64,000 nucleotides of DNA from Marsupella aquatica (lineage: Eukaryota; Plantae; Marchantiophyta), in NCBI GenBank assembly GCA_973895155.1, contig OZ316895.1, positions 3,645,659 to 3,709,658 of the forward strand, written 5' to 3'. Each line of letters starts with the position of its first letter. Position 1 is the first letter of the stretch. The notes beneath the pieces were generated by a model. The model saw nothing but the letters and a program-made list of their open reading frames with translations, made no database searches and was not told where the DNA came from. Below are positions 10,229 through 20,836 of this stretch, in pieces. Both the position numbers and the translations under genes were made by a program.

Positions 10229-13200
10229 GAGAACCTATATGTCGAGGTTTCACCGCATGGCTAGTTTCCGAACGAGGTTCGACAGGAGGAGGCTGCGGTG
10301 GGGTTGTTAGTGTCTAATCTGATGCAGAGTGGTTATTCAAGACACATGTCCCTGTGAAATGCACCTTTGCATTTTTTGGTAATCTTCCTTGCATCCGGAA
10401 TCAGACCAACAAGGTTTGAGAGGAGACTAAGGTTTGAGAGGAGACTGCTACTTTAGTTTAGTTTAGTTTCGAACGTGTTTACATAAGGTTCATAGTTAGT
10501 ATGACTGCATCATGTGCCTCTTTTGAAGTCAGAGACATCTTGGAAAAAAGCGAAATGTTCGTCTAATGATAACTTTCATGGTTATCGTGGGTACTGCCGG
10601 TGCAGAAATTTCTGTGACAAATAGTTTTGAGTTATTATTTCGTATGTGTTCAGAACAATTCCCACGTCCATGTGAAACTCACAAGTAATGCAAGAGGGGG
10701 GATTTCCTGTTGCTTCACGAATCGTTGCAGTTATCTGCCTGCAATGATCTGACTCGGTAGCAAAATGAAACGGCCGGGGGAGCATGATAAATAATAATCG
10801 TGAATTCAAGAAGCAAATGTTGGTATCAAAAGGTGCTGCGGCTTGACACCCAGTTAACGCACAGCATGCCCTTCTGCACCACTTCATCTTCCAAGACAAA
10901 CGTTCAATTGAGTCCACGAAGAAAGTGCTGCAATAACCAAATCCACGCGTATCATAGAGGATATCCTCCAGATTCACACTTGTCCAATGGGTGGGCCAGA
11001 GTTCTTGCACCACATCTGGGAGGGACAGGAGGAGCCTGTCGTTGCTGCATCTAGCTCATCAAGCGGACACAATGTCGTTGAAGGGTTTTAAGGTTATTCA
11101 GAGTAACTATTGGAGGTGACAGGAAGAAAAGACATACGAAATATAGGTCACTACAGCCAAAGTACTGCGAAGCCTGATTTGGGCCACTCGAGTCCTGTGT
11201 CCCGCTTCAGACTCCAACACCTTGCAGTCGGTGGCGTGACGAATCTTGCAGCACAATAGAATCATTCTGATTGATAAAGCGGAGGAATTACTAATCAACA
11301 CACAATCCTACATAGATGGAGAGAAGTAACAACCTAGTCGGAGAGAAGTAACAACCGAGAAGAGAGACTTTAAGGGAGGGCGAGCAATGTATTCTCTGTA
11401 GGTCCGTTGTTATGAAAGCATCGGATCTCTTAAACGCAGAAGTTTCGTTGCTTTAGCGAGCTCAATAACATTGAAATTTTGACGCAGGGTTACCGATCAA
11501 GTGAATTGAGACTTCAGCGATCCCACCCGCACTCCCAGAATCGATAACATCCTTATACATCCCTAATTTAACCACGATGAATTTCCAGTCAAGTCTTTGA
11601 AGTTAGTGAAAGCGGTCCCAGAGGAGACGATGACTCCTCTACGTTTCATAATCTGAGCATGTTGTCACAATTCGTGACTTGCTGAACCAAATCCTGTTCC
11701 TCGCGTCCAGTCCTTTCCCCTTTCTTGCCCATAGTTCGTCCCAATGTGTTGCCGTTCAGTAAAGAGCTAGACATCTGCAGCTGGTGCTCGAAGCTTCTGC
11801 TGGGGTCTCGGTAACTGCACATCAAAATATGACATATACGATGTGAGACACCCCTGCATACCGTGATAATCCTAGTTTTTTCCTTTCAATCAATGAATGC
11901 AGCCACATTTTGATGTGTGATTACCAGCAGGGCTTCTGCTGCGGCTTCCGCAGCCGCAGCTGTAGCTCAAAGTTCAAAGCTCTTGGAGCTTACTTCATAC
12001 ATCCCTAGCTTGAGTCAAAGCCTGGAGAAGCGCATGGTTCAAATTGAATTGGAATGTTATTGTCAGGGTACAGAACATTGATTATCGAAGAAGCTTTTGG
12101 CCGCTTGTTTCTCTCGTATATATCGCATCCTACTTCCCGCGCATTTGAATACTGTGACCAAAGCCTACTATAGTCCCCCCACAGTACGGAACAATCACCC
12201 ATGATTTCCTAGGTATTATTAGCTGTAAGTAGGTAGGGTTTACAATCATGTAGCTTGCGTTAAATCTAAAACAAGGAAATGAATGCTAAGGGAACTGAAC
12301 TTCTGTCTCATAATTCTGATGAGAGTGGCAGGCAGATGGGTGTGTCGCGAAGCAATCTGTGCCGAGCAATTAGCTCGCGCCAATCCCTCGTGTCTTGTAA
12401 TTTCTCCTCAATCTGGCTTGGTTGAGTCATACTTCGTACACTGGTTACTTTGCTCATACTGATTTATCTCTCGCTGTACACATTCTTCGATGCATGCAGT
12501 CTTGGGTAAGGCTAAGGGGAGATCTAGAGGATTCTGTCTGTCGTCAGAGAAGTTCACCACGGGCCAGTCAACACGCGCGTCCTGATTAAGGCGTTGCAGA
12601 GGAGCAAAGCAATATTGCAGAGGTGAGTGGTCTCATCTCGTTACTGTCAGTTTTGCTTAACTTGCTCTTCACCGCCGCTTTTTGGCTGACCCTGTAAACA
12701 GGCCGCGCTCAGAATTTATTCTCCTCACACCTGCTGTGTACTCATAACCGCTGTAGCTCCAACAGTGGACATATGCACCGTAAAATTAATACATACCAGA
12801 GAGCAATGCTGATTCATTTAGGACCGAGGACTCTACACTCACGATGTTTACGATGTAAATTGGGTCGATGGCTGGAGTCACATTGCAATACATCATACCA
12901 TATGTCTCTACAACGCCCACTTCCCGTGAGGATTTGCATGTACGCAACTCGCTGTAGCTTGGACCTTGATCAGTGGCAGCCGTGCCCAGGACTGCTTCAA
13001 TGAAAGACCGCTCCTTCGTCTCCGGTAGTGCCAACCATACTCAAATTAAGAAATTTGGCGGTGGGGAATGGATTCTCTCGCTGTAGACTTTGGGATATTT
13101 GGTTTCAAATCTTGTTGCACAATTCTACGCTGGACGTTGAAACGTCTTCAACTTGAAGAAAGGTCACCGGCGGGTATGTCCAGATGTTGCTCTGGCGCCC

Positions 13201-13364
13201 GATTGATCGCCTCGGTAACCTACTTTACACCCGACCGGAGCAAAATTCAGTGAAATCGGTTAGATTACTTTCAGGAATTAAGAATGCCTGCATTCACTTC
13301 GAGAGAGACAGGGATTATGAGAGACAGGGATTAAAAGGAAAGGTCGTGCTCTGGACGAACGTTC

Positions 13365-13819
13365 TCACTGTGAATGACTCAGACTGATTCCCGACATTCA
13401 GACTAGTGACACTAAGATCGTAATATAAGGACTAGCTTTACATGTCAGATAGAATATTAGACTCAGACTACCGTAGTCATACGTAGTCAGATTTAAATTC
13501 AATCAACATCAAACAGCGAAGATCTACTGTAGTTTAAGTTTAAGGATTTGAATAAAATCTACCTGCCGGAGCCAGAGCCTAACTTCTTCACTGTGACAAA
13601 CGGGACGCGGCCAGCCCTTTGTGTACTGGCAGCCGCGCCACTTGTTTGTGCTAGCCACCTGTTTGTGGTGTTCCTTGTTTGTGCTGATCGCTTGGGCTGC
13701 TACTGCGCCTTTGTATTTTCTCAGATGGAGCGCCTCTACTTGAGGGTCTCCTCTCATACTGTTCACTGCATTGTGCATTTGTATTTTTCCTATGTTTGAG
13801 CGCGTATGCTTTAGTCACA
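13365..13819. mobile_element. ~455-bp insertion upstream of 2OG-like copy 1 (possible solo LTR or other TE relic)
   Basis: Absent from the paralogous region (~47110-47130). Flanked by AACGTTC at 13358-13364 and 13820-13826. TGTGA at 13369 and TCACA ending at 13819 give TG...CA inverted termini. Confidence 0.45.
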
Positions 13820-14078
13820 AACGTTCACGTTGACGGAGATGGGGTTTAAGGAGTGTGAGATCCTAATTCTGCTGTGAAGGTATCCTTGAGTGCTTCGGTC
13901 CCTCACCATATGAAGGCAGTACTGACCGCAATCTCGTAGCATGCCAGGGAAATGTAGAAATGTTTACGAGCAATCTTGAAGAAGTGGCACTTCTTTTCAC
14001 CAATTCGATCTTGATTTCCATAAGGATCTCGACCTATTTCTGCCAACATCAAGCTGCTCTGTATGTACAGGCGTACAA

Positions 14079-16328
14079 ATGGGGATCACGAAAAGGGAAA
14101 CTCGACAGCGAATGTATGAAACCCTCAGTGCTCTTCAGCGTCCTTCAGATTCAAATCAGGGGACGTTTGCTGCACGCGAAGCCGTCCCACACTCGAAAGG
14201 ATTTATCCTGAAGTCCTTTAATGTTGAGGGCGCTGGTGAGTTGCATCTCCCTCTCTCTGCTGAAGATGCTTCTAAACTACGTGGTGTTTGTGAGGAGGTG
14301 CCATTTGGAAATGATTTGGATACAACGATGGATACTGAGGTACGGCGTCACTTTCAAGTTGATGCTTCTAAGGTAACCTTCCCAAGGAACACAACTTTCC
14401 TTTCAGATACGGTTCAGTCTTTGGCAGTAATGGCTGTCCGTGCATTGGGTCTTGATGGAGCATGGCCGCAATTGGGAGTGCACCTATCCAAACTTCTGGT
14501 TTACGAGACAGGCGGTCCTGTCACATTTCAAACGGATACAGAGGAGGAGAAAGGAGTCTTTGCGACGTTGATATTGCAGCTTCCTACGGAAGAGGGATAT
14601 ACAGGTGGTGAACTTTTCGTCAAGCATGACGACAAAGTGAAAAGTTTCGATAGCCAAATAATAAGTAGAGTTGGGTTCTGTTCCACGATATGTATTGCAG
14701 ATTGCTTGCATGAGCTCCGCACGATTGAGGCCGGGAGTATGTTAAGCTTAGCTTTTAATTTGGTAAACGGTGATTCTTCCTTGGACCGTGTTCATAGAGA
14801 CTATTATATATCTAGTAGGGTGCAGATAGCTGAAGCGGCACTGGAACCATGGTTGAAAGAAGCAATGGAACTACAACCGGGAAGATTACGGAGCACTTGC
14901 GGTGAAAAATTTGCTATCCCTTTGCAGCACAGATATACTGAAGAAGAGTTATCCTTCACTGGGTTGAGAGGGATTGACAAGCTTATGGTAGACGTGTTAA
15001 AAGGTTGTAGGGATCAGAACAAGGACAAGTGCCTAGATCTTCATCTTTGCCTAGTGACAAAACAGAAGTATGGTGATGCTGCTCGGCTGACTCGTTTCAA
15101 TAGTTATGTAGACAAAGGCATTCGATTCAGAAAGTGGATCGGATTGAATAACCAAGCTACCCTGGCTTTTCAAAAGCTAGAAATAGACATGTACGAGGAA
15201 GTTGTTGGAAAGGAAGAGGATCTCTTTGATTCCCAGGCAGATGAGAAAGAGTATGCGGGTCCCAGGAGGGCGAAAGGGATGCAGTGTACTTGCGGGAAAG
15301 GGTTGCCAGTATTTGAATTCCAGTTCCCCAAGGCCATGATCGTGGCTTGGCCTAAAGCAGTCTCAGTTGTACTAGCCTGTGAAACAAGTGTTCCCAGCGC
15401 ATTGGATTATTTGGAGACTACATTGGAAATCAGTGACCCAAACTTTTGTAGACAGCTGCATCAGGTTATTCGGTACTGTGAACACAATGCCGTCATGCTG
15501 TGGGGGCCCGGGGCAGATGGTATAGATTCAGTGACTTCTCGCTTGATTAATCTTTGCAAACAGGCAAATGCCTTGGAAGATGTACTGCTTACCTTTCAGC
15601 TGTTAGCAAAAACGTTTCCTAACAAAGCTAGCGAACACTACGCCTTCCATCGTCATTGGTATGCAAGCTTCCAAATTGGCGTGAGAAACATTGAAGTTGC
15701 TGAAGCCATTGTAGCTGCTATTGAAGTATTTGGCTGGGAATCAGTTTCGGCAAGTGTCATTGGTCTTGTGAACAAATGCGCATTGGGTCAGGGTGAAGCA
15801 TTTGCTGAAATTGCAAGGCAACTGGTTATTGCGGGTATCGTGGATGCTGGGGAGCAAGTGGCCAGCGCAATGCCCACATTCACATGGCGTCAACCGCTTG
15901 CTCATCTTCCAGATTATCCAGTAATCGAGAAGTTCTTAAGAGGTCCACTACAAAGTTTTTTTTACATGACCATACCTGATTTAGCTGAGGCGACATCATT
16001 CGCGGAGACGTACTTCAACATAAACCAGGAAAAAATTGCCTATGCTGGTTACAGTGCGCTGGCAAGACCAGGCGGGAGGAGTCCTCTGGCGTTTTGCAGG
16101 ATCTCCAAAACTGATCGAGTCTTCAAGATTGCTATGGAAGGCCGGCGGAAAGAGCGAGAGAACTTAAGACGATTAAAGGATGGAGTAGAAAGACGCATGT
16201 CCGCTATTTCTAAACTAAGTGCACGTTCGAGTACATCACCCAACTCGTCTGACCAGCCTGACAGCAAGAGGCAAAGGTTGGATACCAAGGAAACAGTGAC
16301 GAGGGAGAAGAGTACTCCAGCTCGATAG
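14079..16328 (+). CDS. 2OG-Fe(II) oxygenase-like (2OG-FeII_Oxy_3 / P4H-type fold) large protein, 749 aa, intronless CDS, copy 1; iron-binding His replaced by Gln
   Basis: Family motifs PFG....T.MDTEVR, KLLVYETGG, TLILQLPTEEGYTGGELFVKH, ADCLHEL...GSMLSLAFNL, L.H.YT..LSF.GL.G.D. The HxD position reads FQTD. C-terminal WRQPLAHLPDYP..EKFLRGP domain and basic KRQR tail. Confidence 0.8.
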   Translation: MGITKRETRQRMYETLSALQRPSDSNQGTFAAREAVPHSKGFILKSFNVEGAGELHLPLSAEDASKLRGVCEEVPFGNDLDTTMDTEVRRHFQVDASKVTFPRNTTFLSDTVQSLAVMAVRALGLDGAWPQLGVHLSKLLVYETGGPVTFQTDTEEEKGVFATLILQLPTEEGYTGGELFVKHDDKVKSFDSQIISRVGFCSTICIADCLHELRTIEAGSMLSLAFNLVNGDSSLDRVHRDYYISSRVQIAEAALEPWLKEAMELQPGRLRSTCGEKFAIPLQHRYTEEELSFTGLRGIDKLMVDVLKGCRDQNKDKCLDLHLCLVTKQKYGDAARLTRFNSYVDKGIRFRKWIGLNNQATLAFQKLEIDMYEEVVGKEEDLFDSQADEKEYAGPRRAKGMQCTCGKGLPVFEFQFPKAMIVAWPKAVSVVLACETSVPSALDYLETTLEISDPNFCRQLHQVIRYCEHNAVMLWGPGADGIDSVTSRLINLCKQANALEDVLLTFQLLAKTFPNKASEHYAFHRHWYASFQIGVRNIEVAEAIVAAIEVFGWESVSASVIGLVNKCALGQGEAFAEIARQLVIAGIVDAGEQVASAMPTFTWRQPLAHLPDYPVIEKFLRGPLQSFFYMTIPDLAEATSFAETYFNINQEKIAYAGYSALARPGGRSPLAFCRISKTDRVFKIAMEGRRKERENLRRLKDGVERRMSAISKLSARSSTSPNSSDQPDSKRQRLDTKETVTREKSTPAR

Positions 16329-18454
16329 ACGTCACTGACCAGTCAGAGTGGCATTTTACTGGAGGTTAGAGAGAGTAGTGTTCTTGCACTTCTGATGTCG
16401 GAATATTGCCTTCTTCACCGATTTGAAGTCACGTAGGACAACGGTACGCGTGATATGTTCAGGGTTCAGTTTCTTTTGTATGCAATCATGTGTTTTTCTG
16501 TTGTTGTTGCTTGTGCGACCTGGTCATGCTTGAGCTTCGTTAACATGCAATTATGTGTATATCTTTCTTCGTACGTTGGAGGTGATTTGTTCAGTTGTTT
16601 TCTATCTTCGTTTAATGTTGGAAGAGTGAAGATATGTGTTTTATTCTTTTTTCAATGTTTGAAAAAATGCAGTCATGTGTTTTCTTCCTTGCTGAAAGAG
16701 TGAGGCAAATTAGGTCCTGCAATGAGGGGTTTTGCAGGATATAACCCCCCATCAAAGCCCGAGGACAAGCTTTCGAAGAGCACAAATTCTGTTGCACTTT
16801 TCTCTTTAGATGAATTTCGCTTTTTGCATCCCCTGTGCCTGGTTGAGCGGTTGCTCGTCGTGGTTGTTGCTTGTGTTGTCGTAGCATGCTTGTAATTTAT
16901 CGGGCTCTGCTTGGTCTCTTAGACACTGTAACAGTACGGTCGAGTGTCATCAGATTCAGTGTATTCAATCTCTTCGATCTTTCTGCCGATAGTCGAAATG
17001 AGCCGAATTAACAAGAAAAGAAACGAACGGTGACAGAAAGAACGAGACCTACTGTAGTTGGCGTTAGTGAGGAAAACCTATTACCCACGATTCGTGCTTG
17101 TTCTCTTTCTCAGAAGACGGTCAAAATGTACAGAAGGAATTGGATGATCCTTAATTCAAACTTCCTCTAGCAAACAAGCAGAATGAAATGGAGGGAGCGG
17201 ACAAAAGATGATCATGGAACTCTGTGCCTGCTTGGAAGATTGCTCTCCTCCAGTTCTAAGGTTTGCTCTCATAGCAGAGATCTCAAAGTGTACGCTAGTA
17301 ATTCAACTCTATTCACCAAATGAACAAAGAGAATTTTGGAACAGCCCATATGAAATGCTGTCCTGGTGCAACAACACAAAGGACAGCAATCACAAGATGA
17401 GGAGTTCAGAGCTCAAGCACAGTCGAGCAGATTGAATATGAGAAGGAACAGAGGGAAGTGAGCGGCCAGGCTAAGGACTAGGCAGGTTTTTGAACGTATC
17501 ATGTAGCCAGCATGCAAATCTCGATTCCTTTACTAACTTTATTTCGTTAGATTTCATAGGCGATTCACTCACACGTTTTTGAAGCACAGTTCATCCATGA
17601 AGAAGACGATTTGTGGCTTTCTTCTGAGCACAGTTCATCCATTAAGAAGACGATTTGTGGCTTTCTTTTGAGCAAACTCGTCAAGCACTTTGTGAGAACT
17701 CAGCAGCAAGCAAGTTTGACAAGCAATCACTCTGGATTTCAGTTTGTGCGAAGAAGCACCGACTCCAAACTAGCAGGCGCTTCTTTGCTGGAAGACAATT
17801 GCAGTGTCAGAAATTGAAATCCTTGAGCACAGGAGAGACTGTGAGGTAACAACATCATGCCGAAAATAAATTGAACAATAAAACACAAACTGTGATGGGG
17901 AATGCACAATTTCTGGACTGTGACCTACCTCAGAAGAGTGTTTTATTTCTCCGAGGTGACATGTATTGACAACAAGATGCACGCTCAACCAAAACCCACT
18001 AACCTTTGGAGATGCTCTAATAGGCTTTGGAGTGTTTGAGATTTCTAAGCCCCAAAGGTGAGATTTAGTGCATTGACACTTTTCATTGATCAAATGGTAC
18101 ACTTTGCCACTGTTTTTTAATTTAGGTAGTCCTTGTCACCTTTTTTTTGGCAGCTGGGTAAACAGAGTAGTTCTAGTTAATTTGAAATGATCAAGTGATT
18201 GACATACTCTCACATTTCATGATTGGATGGTTGTTATCATCCTCAACTTAATGTCAACACCTTGGCCCACTCTCAACCAGGGGGAATGGGGAGTGGGGCA
18301 GCCAATCAGGAGGGGGTGGAGTTATTTGGGACGAGAGTTTTGTGACCCAACCCCTTCAATCATGGGCCTGCTTTATTTTGGGACTCAAAATCATTCAGTA
18401 ACAGACCCAAACTCCCATGAATCACCTAAATCTTATGCTATTATATATGACGGT

Positions 18455-18660
18455 GCCCAAGGGCCAAAAATGTCGAACCGGGAGGACATGATCCTAAAGT
18501 GCCCAAGGGCAAAAAAGCTGAACAGGGAGACATGATCCCAAAACAAAGCAACCCAATGAAGAAGGAGGAAAAGAGGGGAAAGAGCACCAAGAAAAACAAG
18601 TCAAGGGGTCCCAACTCCCAAACCAAAAGGGTCCCTAACCAAAAGCCAAATCTTATGCTA
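18455..18660. repeat. Dispersed purine-rich repeat shared with 35100-35300 (probable retroelement 3' fragment)
   Basis: GGGAGACATGATCCCA...AAAGCAACCCAATGAAG...CCAAGAAAAACA..CAAGGGG occurs at ~18525 and ~35129. Weaker related sequence on the minus strand at ~7370-7490. Confidence 0.55.
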
Positions 18661-18712
18661 TTCCTTCCTAATAATAAATCCCAGCCCTCCAAAGGGTACA
18701 CGCAACATTTAC

Positions 18713-18735
18713 GCGCCAAAGTTTCTGCCGCCAAA
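18713..18735. promoter_or_regulatory. Paired E2F-type motifs upstream of F-box/kelch copy 2
   Basis: GCGCCAAA at 18713-18720 and CCGCCAAA at 18728-18735 (reverse complements TTTGGCGC and TTTGGCGG). Confidence 0.4.
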
Positions 18736-19426
18736 TATTCTTACGTTCAGGAGAAGCACCAAACAGAATCACTCGGGTTGAATGTCAATTGCATTCTGGA
18801 GACCCACCTTTGCATTTGCACGGAGAGATATTGACTAGTATTGACTAGCTAGAAAGCCGCCATCGCTACGTGAAATGGCCCCTCACATCGAAGATTGGAG
18901 CCAAGCGTTCATCGGACATCGCCGCTGCCTCTGACTCGCTGTTGCGATCGCTCCTGTATTTCGATCCCAACTCAAGCTCTGCACCAGCTGATTAATCTGT
19001 TCCCAACGTTTGCTGAAGAGTAGGTGATTTTCGATCGAGCTTCCGTGAGTGAATTGGACCTGATTTTGGTGTAGATCTCCGGGCTAAAGTGTTCCTCTGC
19101 CCTTCACCATCTAGCCCACCTTTCAGCCGCCCTTCGATTCATCCGCCGACCTCTGCAAAGTCGTTGTTCTGTCCTCCAGCCGCTTCGTGTTGCTACTACT
19201 GCATCGACCCTAAATTCTTTTCGACACTGAGCTGCAAGGTGGCGACGGCCTGTCTGCAAGGAAGGCCCGTGTTACATTACTCCAGCCCCTTTGTGTTGCT
19301 ACTACTGACACTGTGCCCACTGCGCTAAGCTCTTGTGCAGCTCTTGGTCTAATCTCCGCTTTGTCCTTCGCCTTTATAACTGGAGGCAGTCGTTCTGGGA
19401 GAGCATTGTCATTACACGAGTGTAAG

Positions 19427-20836
19427 ATGAGCAAACAACGGGCCGAAGAAGGGCCGGGAGGGGACGACGATACGGTAGGGCATGGAACGTCTGTTCTTGC
19501 AAGGATTGAAGCATATCGGAGGTTACGGAGAGCACACACCAACTGGAGATTACGGAAAACAGACACCAATCAGAGAGTAAGCAAAATAGACACCGATCGG
19601 AGACGACTGGAAATAGACATCGATCGGAGACAACGGGAAATAGAGGATTTGAGTGAGCAGCTGCTGCCAGGGCTCCCGAACGCCATCACCTTGGAGCTGA
19701 TTACTCGGAGGTTGCCATGGAAGGACATTTCCACCCTGTCATTAGTGAATCGTGCGTGGAAACTTGTGATTCGAAGTCGCCATGTTTATGATCGAAGAGT
19801 TCGTTCCCATTCAACAGAGAAATTTGTTATTGTAAGTTGGTATCATCGGACGGGTTCTCGTGACTTTATTCCTCTTTATTCCCCAAGTGAAAAGTATTTT
19901 TCTTATCTACCTCCAATTCCTGGTGCACGGAGAGGATTTCCAACTGGCTGTCAATGCGTTTCGTTGCATGGTAAGATATATATCTTTGGAGGACTGGATT
20001 GGCAAAGGTTTGTTAGTAAAGATGTCTACGTATTGGATCTGTATGGACAGAGGCAGTGGAAAAGATGTGCAAGTATGCAACGTGGGAGGATAAATTTTGG
20101 TTGCGGTGTCCTAGACGGAAAGATTTATGTATTTGGGGGTTCTCATGATCCTTATACTCAAGGTGTCTACGTTTTTAAAGACTCGGAGATATACGACCCT
20201 GAGGTTGATTCATGGCGTCCAATGCGACCCATACCTTCTTACCATACTTGTCATCGAGTTGCAACAGTGGGCAAGGAGCTTTTCCTGTATGGTGGATCGT
20301 TCTATGAAGAAGAGAGTTCTGATGATGATGACTTGGCTGTGAATGGTCCTGTAAATGGACCGTCGCTGGGAACCCCTTCTTTTCTGGACATTTATAATCC
20401 AGTCAGGAACAAGTGGAGAAGGATCGAATCGTTTCAAAGCGACCACAGGGAAGACGTATTCTTCGCTCGCGGAAAATTCCATTCGCTAAGTCAGTTTGGC
20501 ATCCACGTTTATGATATAGAAAAGAATTCCTGGACACTGTTGCACACCTGTTCTTACGCTATATTTGGGTCAGATGACATGGTTACAACATGTGGTGCTT
20601 GCATTGTAGCTGTGGATGGTGAGCTTATAGTAAGACTACGTACTGCCGTTAAACCGGGCCCCGACGCGCGCTTTCCGGAGCAAAGTTCATATCCCCTTCA
20701 AAGCACGTATCTTCTTCAAAGCAGAGGCTTCGGCGGCGAGAACGAAAGAATTGTTTTCGAAAGAGCAGAAGGTTCTCCTTCCTTATTACACGCGGATCCC
20801 TATGTCATTGATATCTTGGCTACTGCAGAAGCTTGA
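19427..20836 (+). CDS. F-box/kelch-repeat protein, 469 aa, intronless, copy 2
   Basis: ATG at 19427 in the same context as copy 1 (TGTAAGATGAGCAAAC). F-box LLPGLPNAITLELITRRLPW; kelch motifs CVSLHGKIYIFGG, GCGVLDGKIYVFGG, VATVGKELFLYGG. Confidence 0.9.
   Translation: MSKQRAEEGPGGDDDTVGHGTSVLARIEAYRRLRRAHTNWRLRKTDTNQRVSKIDTDRRRLEIDIDRRQREIEDLSEQLLPGLPNAITLELITRRLPWKDISTLSLVNRAWKLVIRSRHVYDRRVRSHSTEKFVIVSWYHRTGSRDFIPLYSPSEKYFSYLPPIPGARRGFPTGCQCVSLHGKIYIFGGLDWQRFVSKDVYVLDLYGQRQWKRCASMQRGRINFGCGVLDGKIYVFGGSHDPYTQGVYVFKDSEIYDPEVDSWRPMRPIPSYHTCHRVATVGKELFLYGGSFYEEESSDDDDLAVNGPVNGPSLGTPSFLDIYNPVRNKWRRIESFQSDHREDVFFARGKFHSLSQFGIHVYDIEKNSWTLLHTCSYAIFGSDDMVTTCGACIVAVDGELIVRLRTAVKPGPDARFPEQSSYPLQSTYLLQSRGFGGENERIVFERAEGSPSLLHADPYVIDILATAEA

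Larger units (their letters stand above)
8145..10759 (+). repeat. Segmental duplication unit A (F-box/kelch gene with flanks); direct paralogue of 18708-21373
   Basis: Upstream (GCCGCCATCGCT.CGTGAAA...GAAGATTGGAGCCAAGC), CDS and downstream (GTCTAATCTGATGCAGAGTGGTTATTC, (GTTTA)n, AATGATCTGACT.GGTA) sequences align colinearly. Confidence 0.85.
12308..17925 (+). repeat. Segmental duplication unit B (2OG-oxygenase-like gene with flanks); inverted paralogue of 43373-48450
   Basis: Ends match in reverse complement: TCTGTGCCGAGCAATTAGCTC (~12356) with ~48380-48402, and GATGGGGAATGCACAATTTCTGGACTG (~17894) with ~43378-43404. The CDSs are colinear. Confidence 0.85.
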
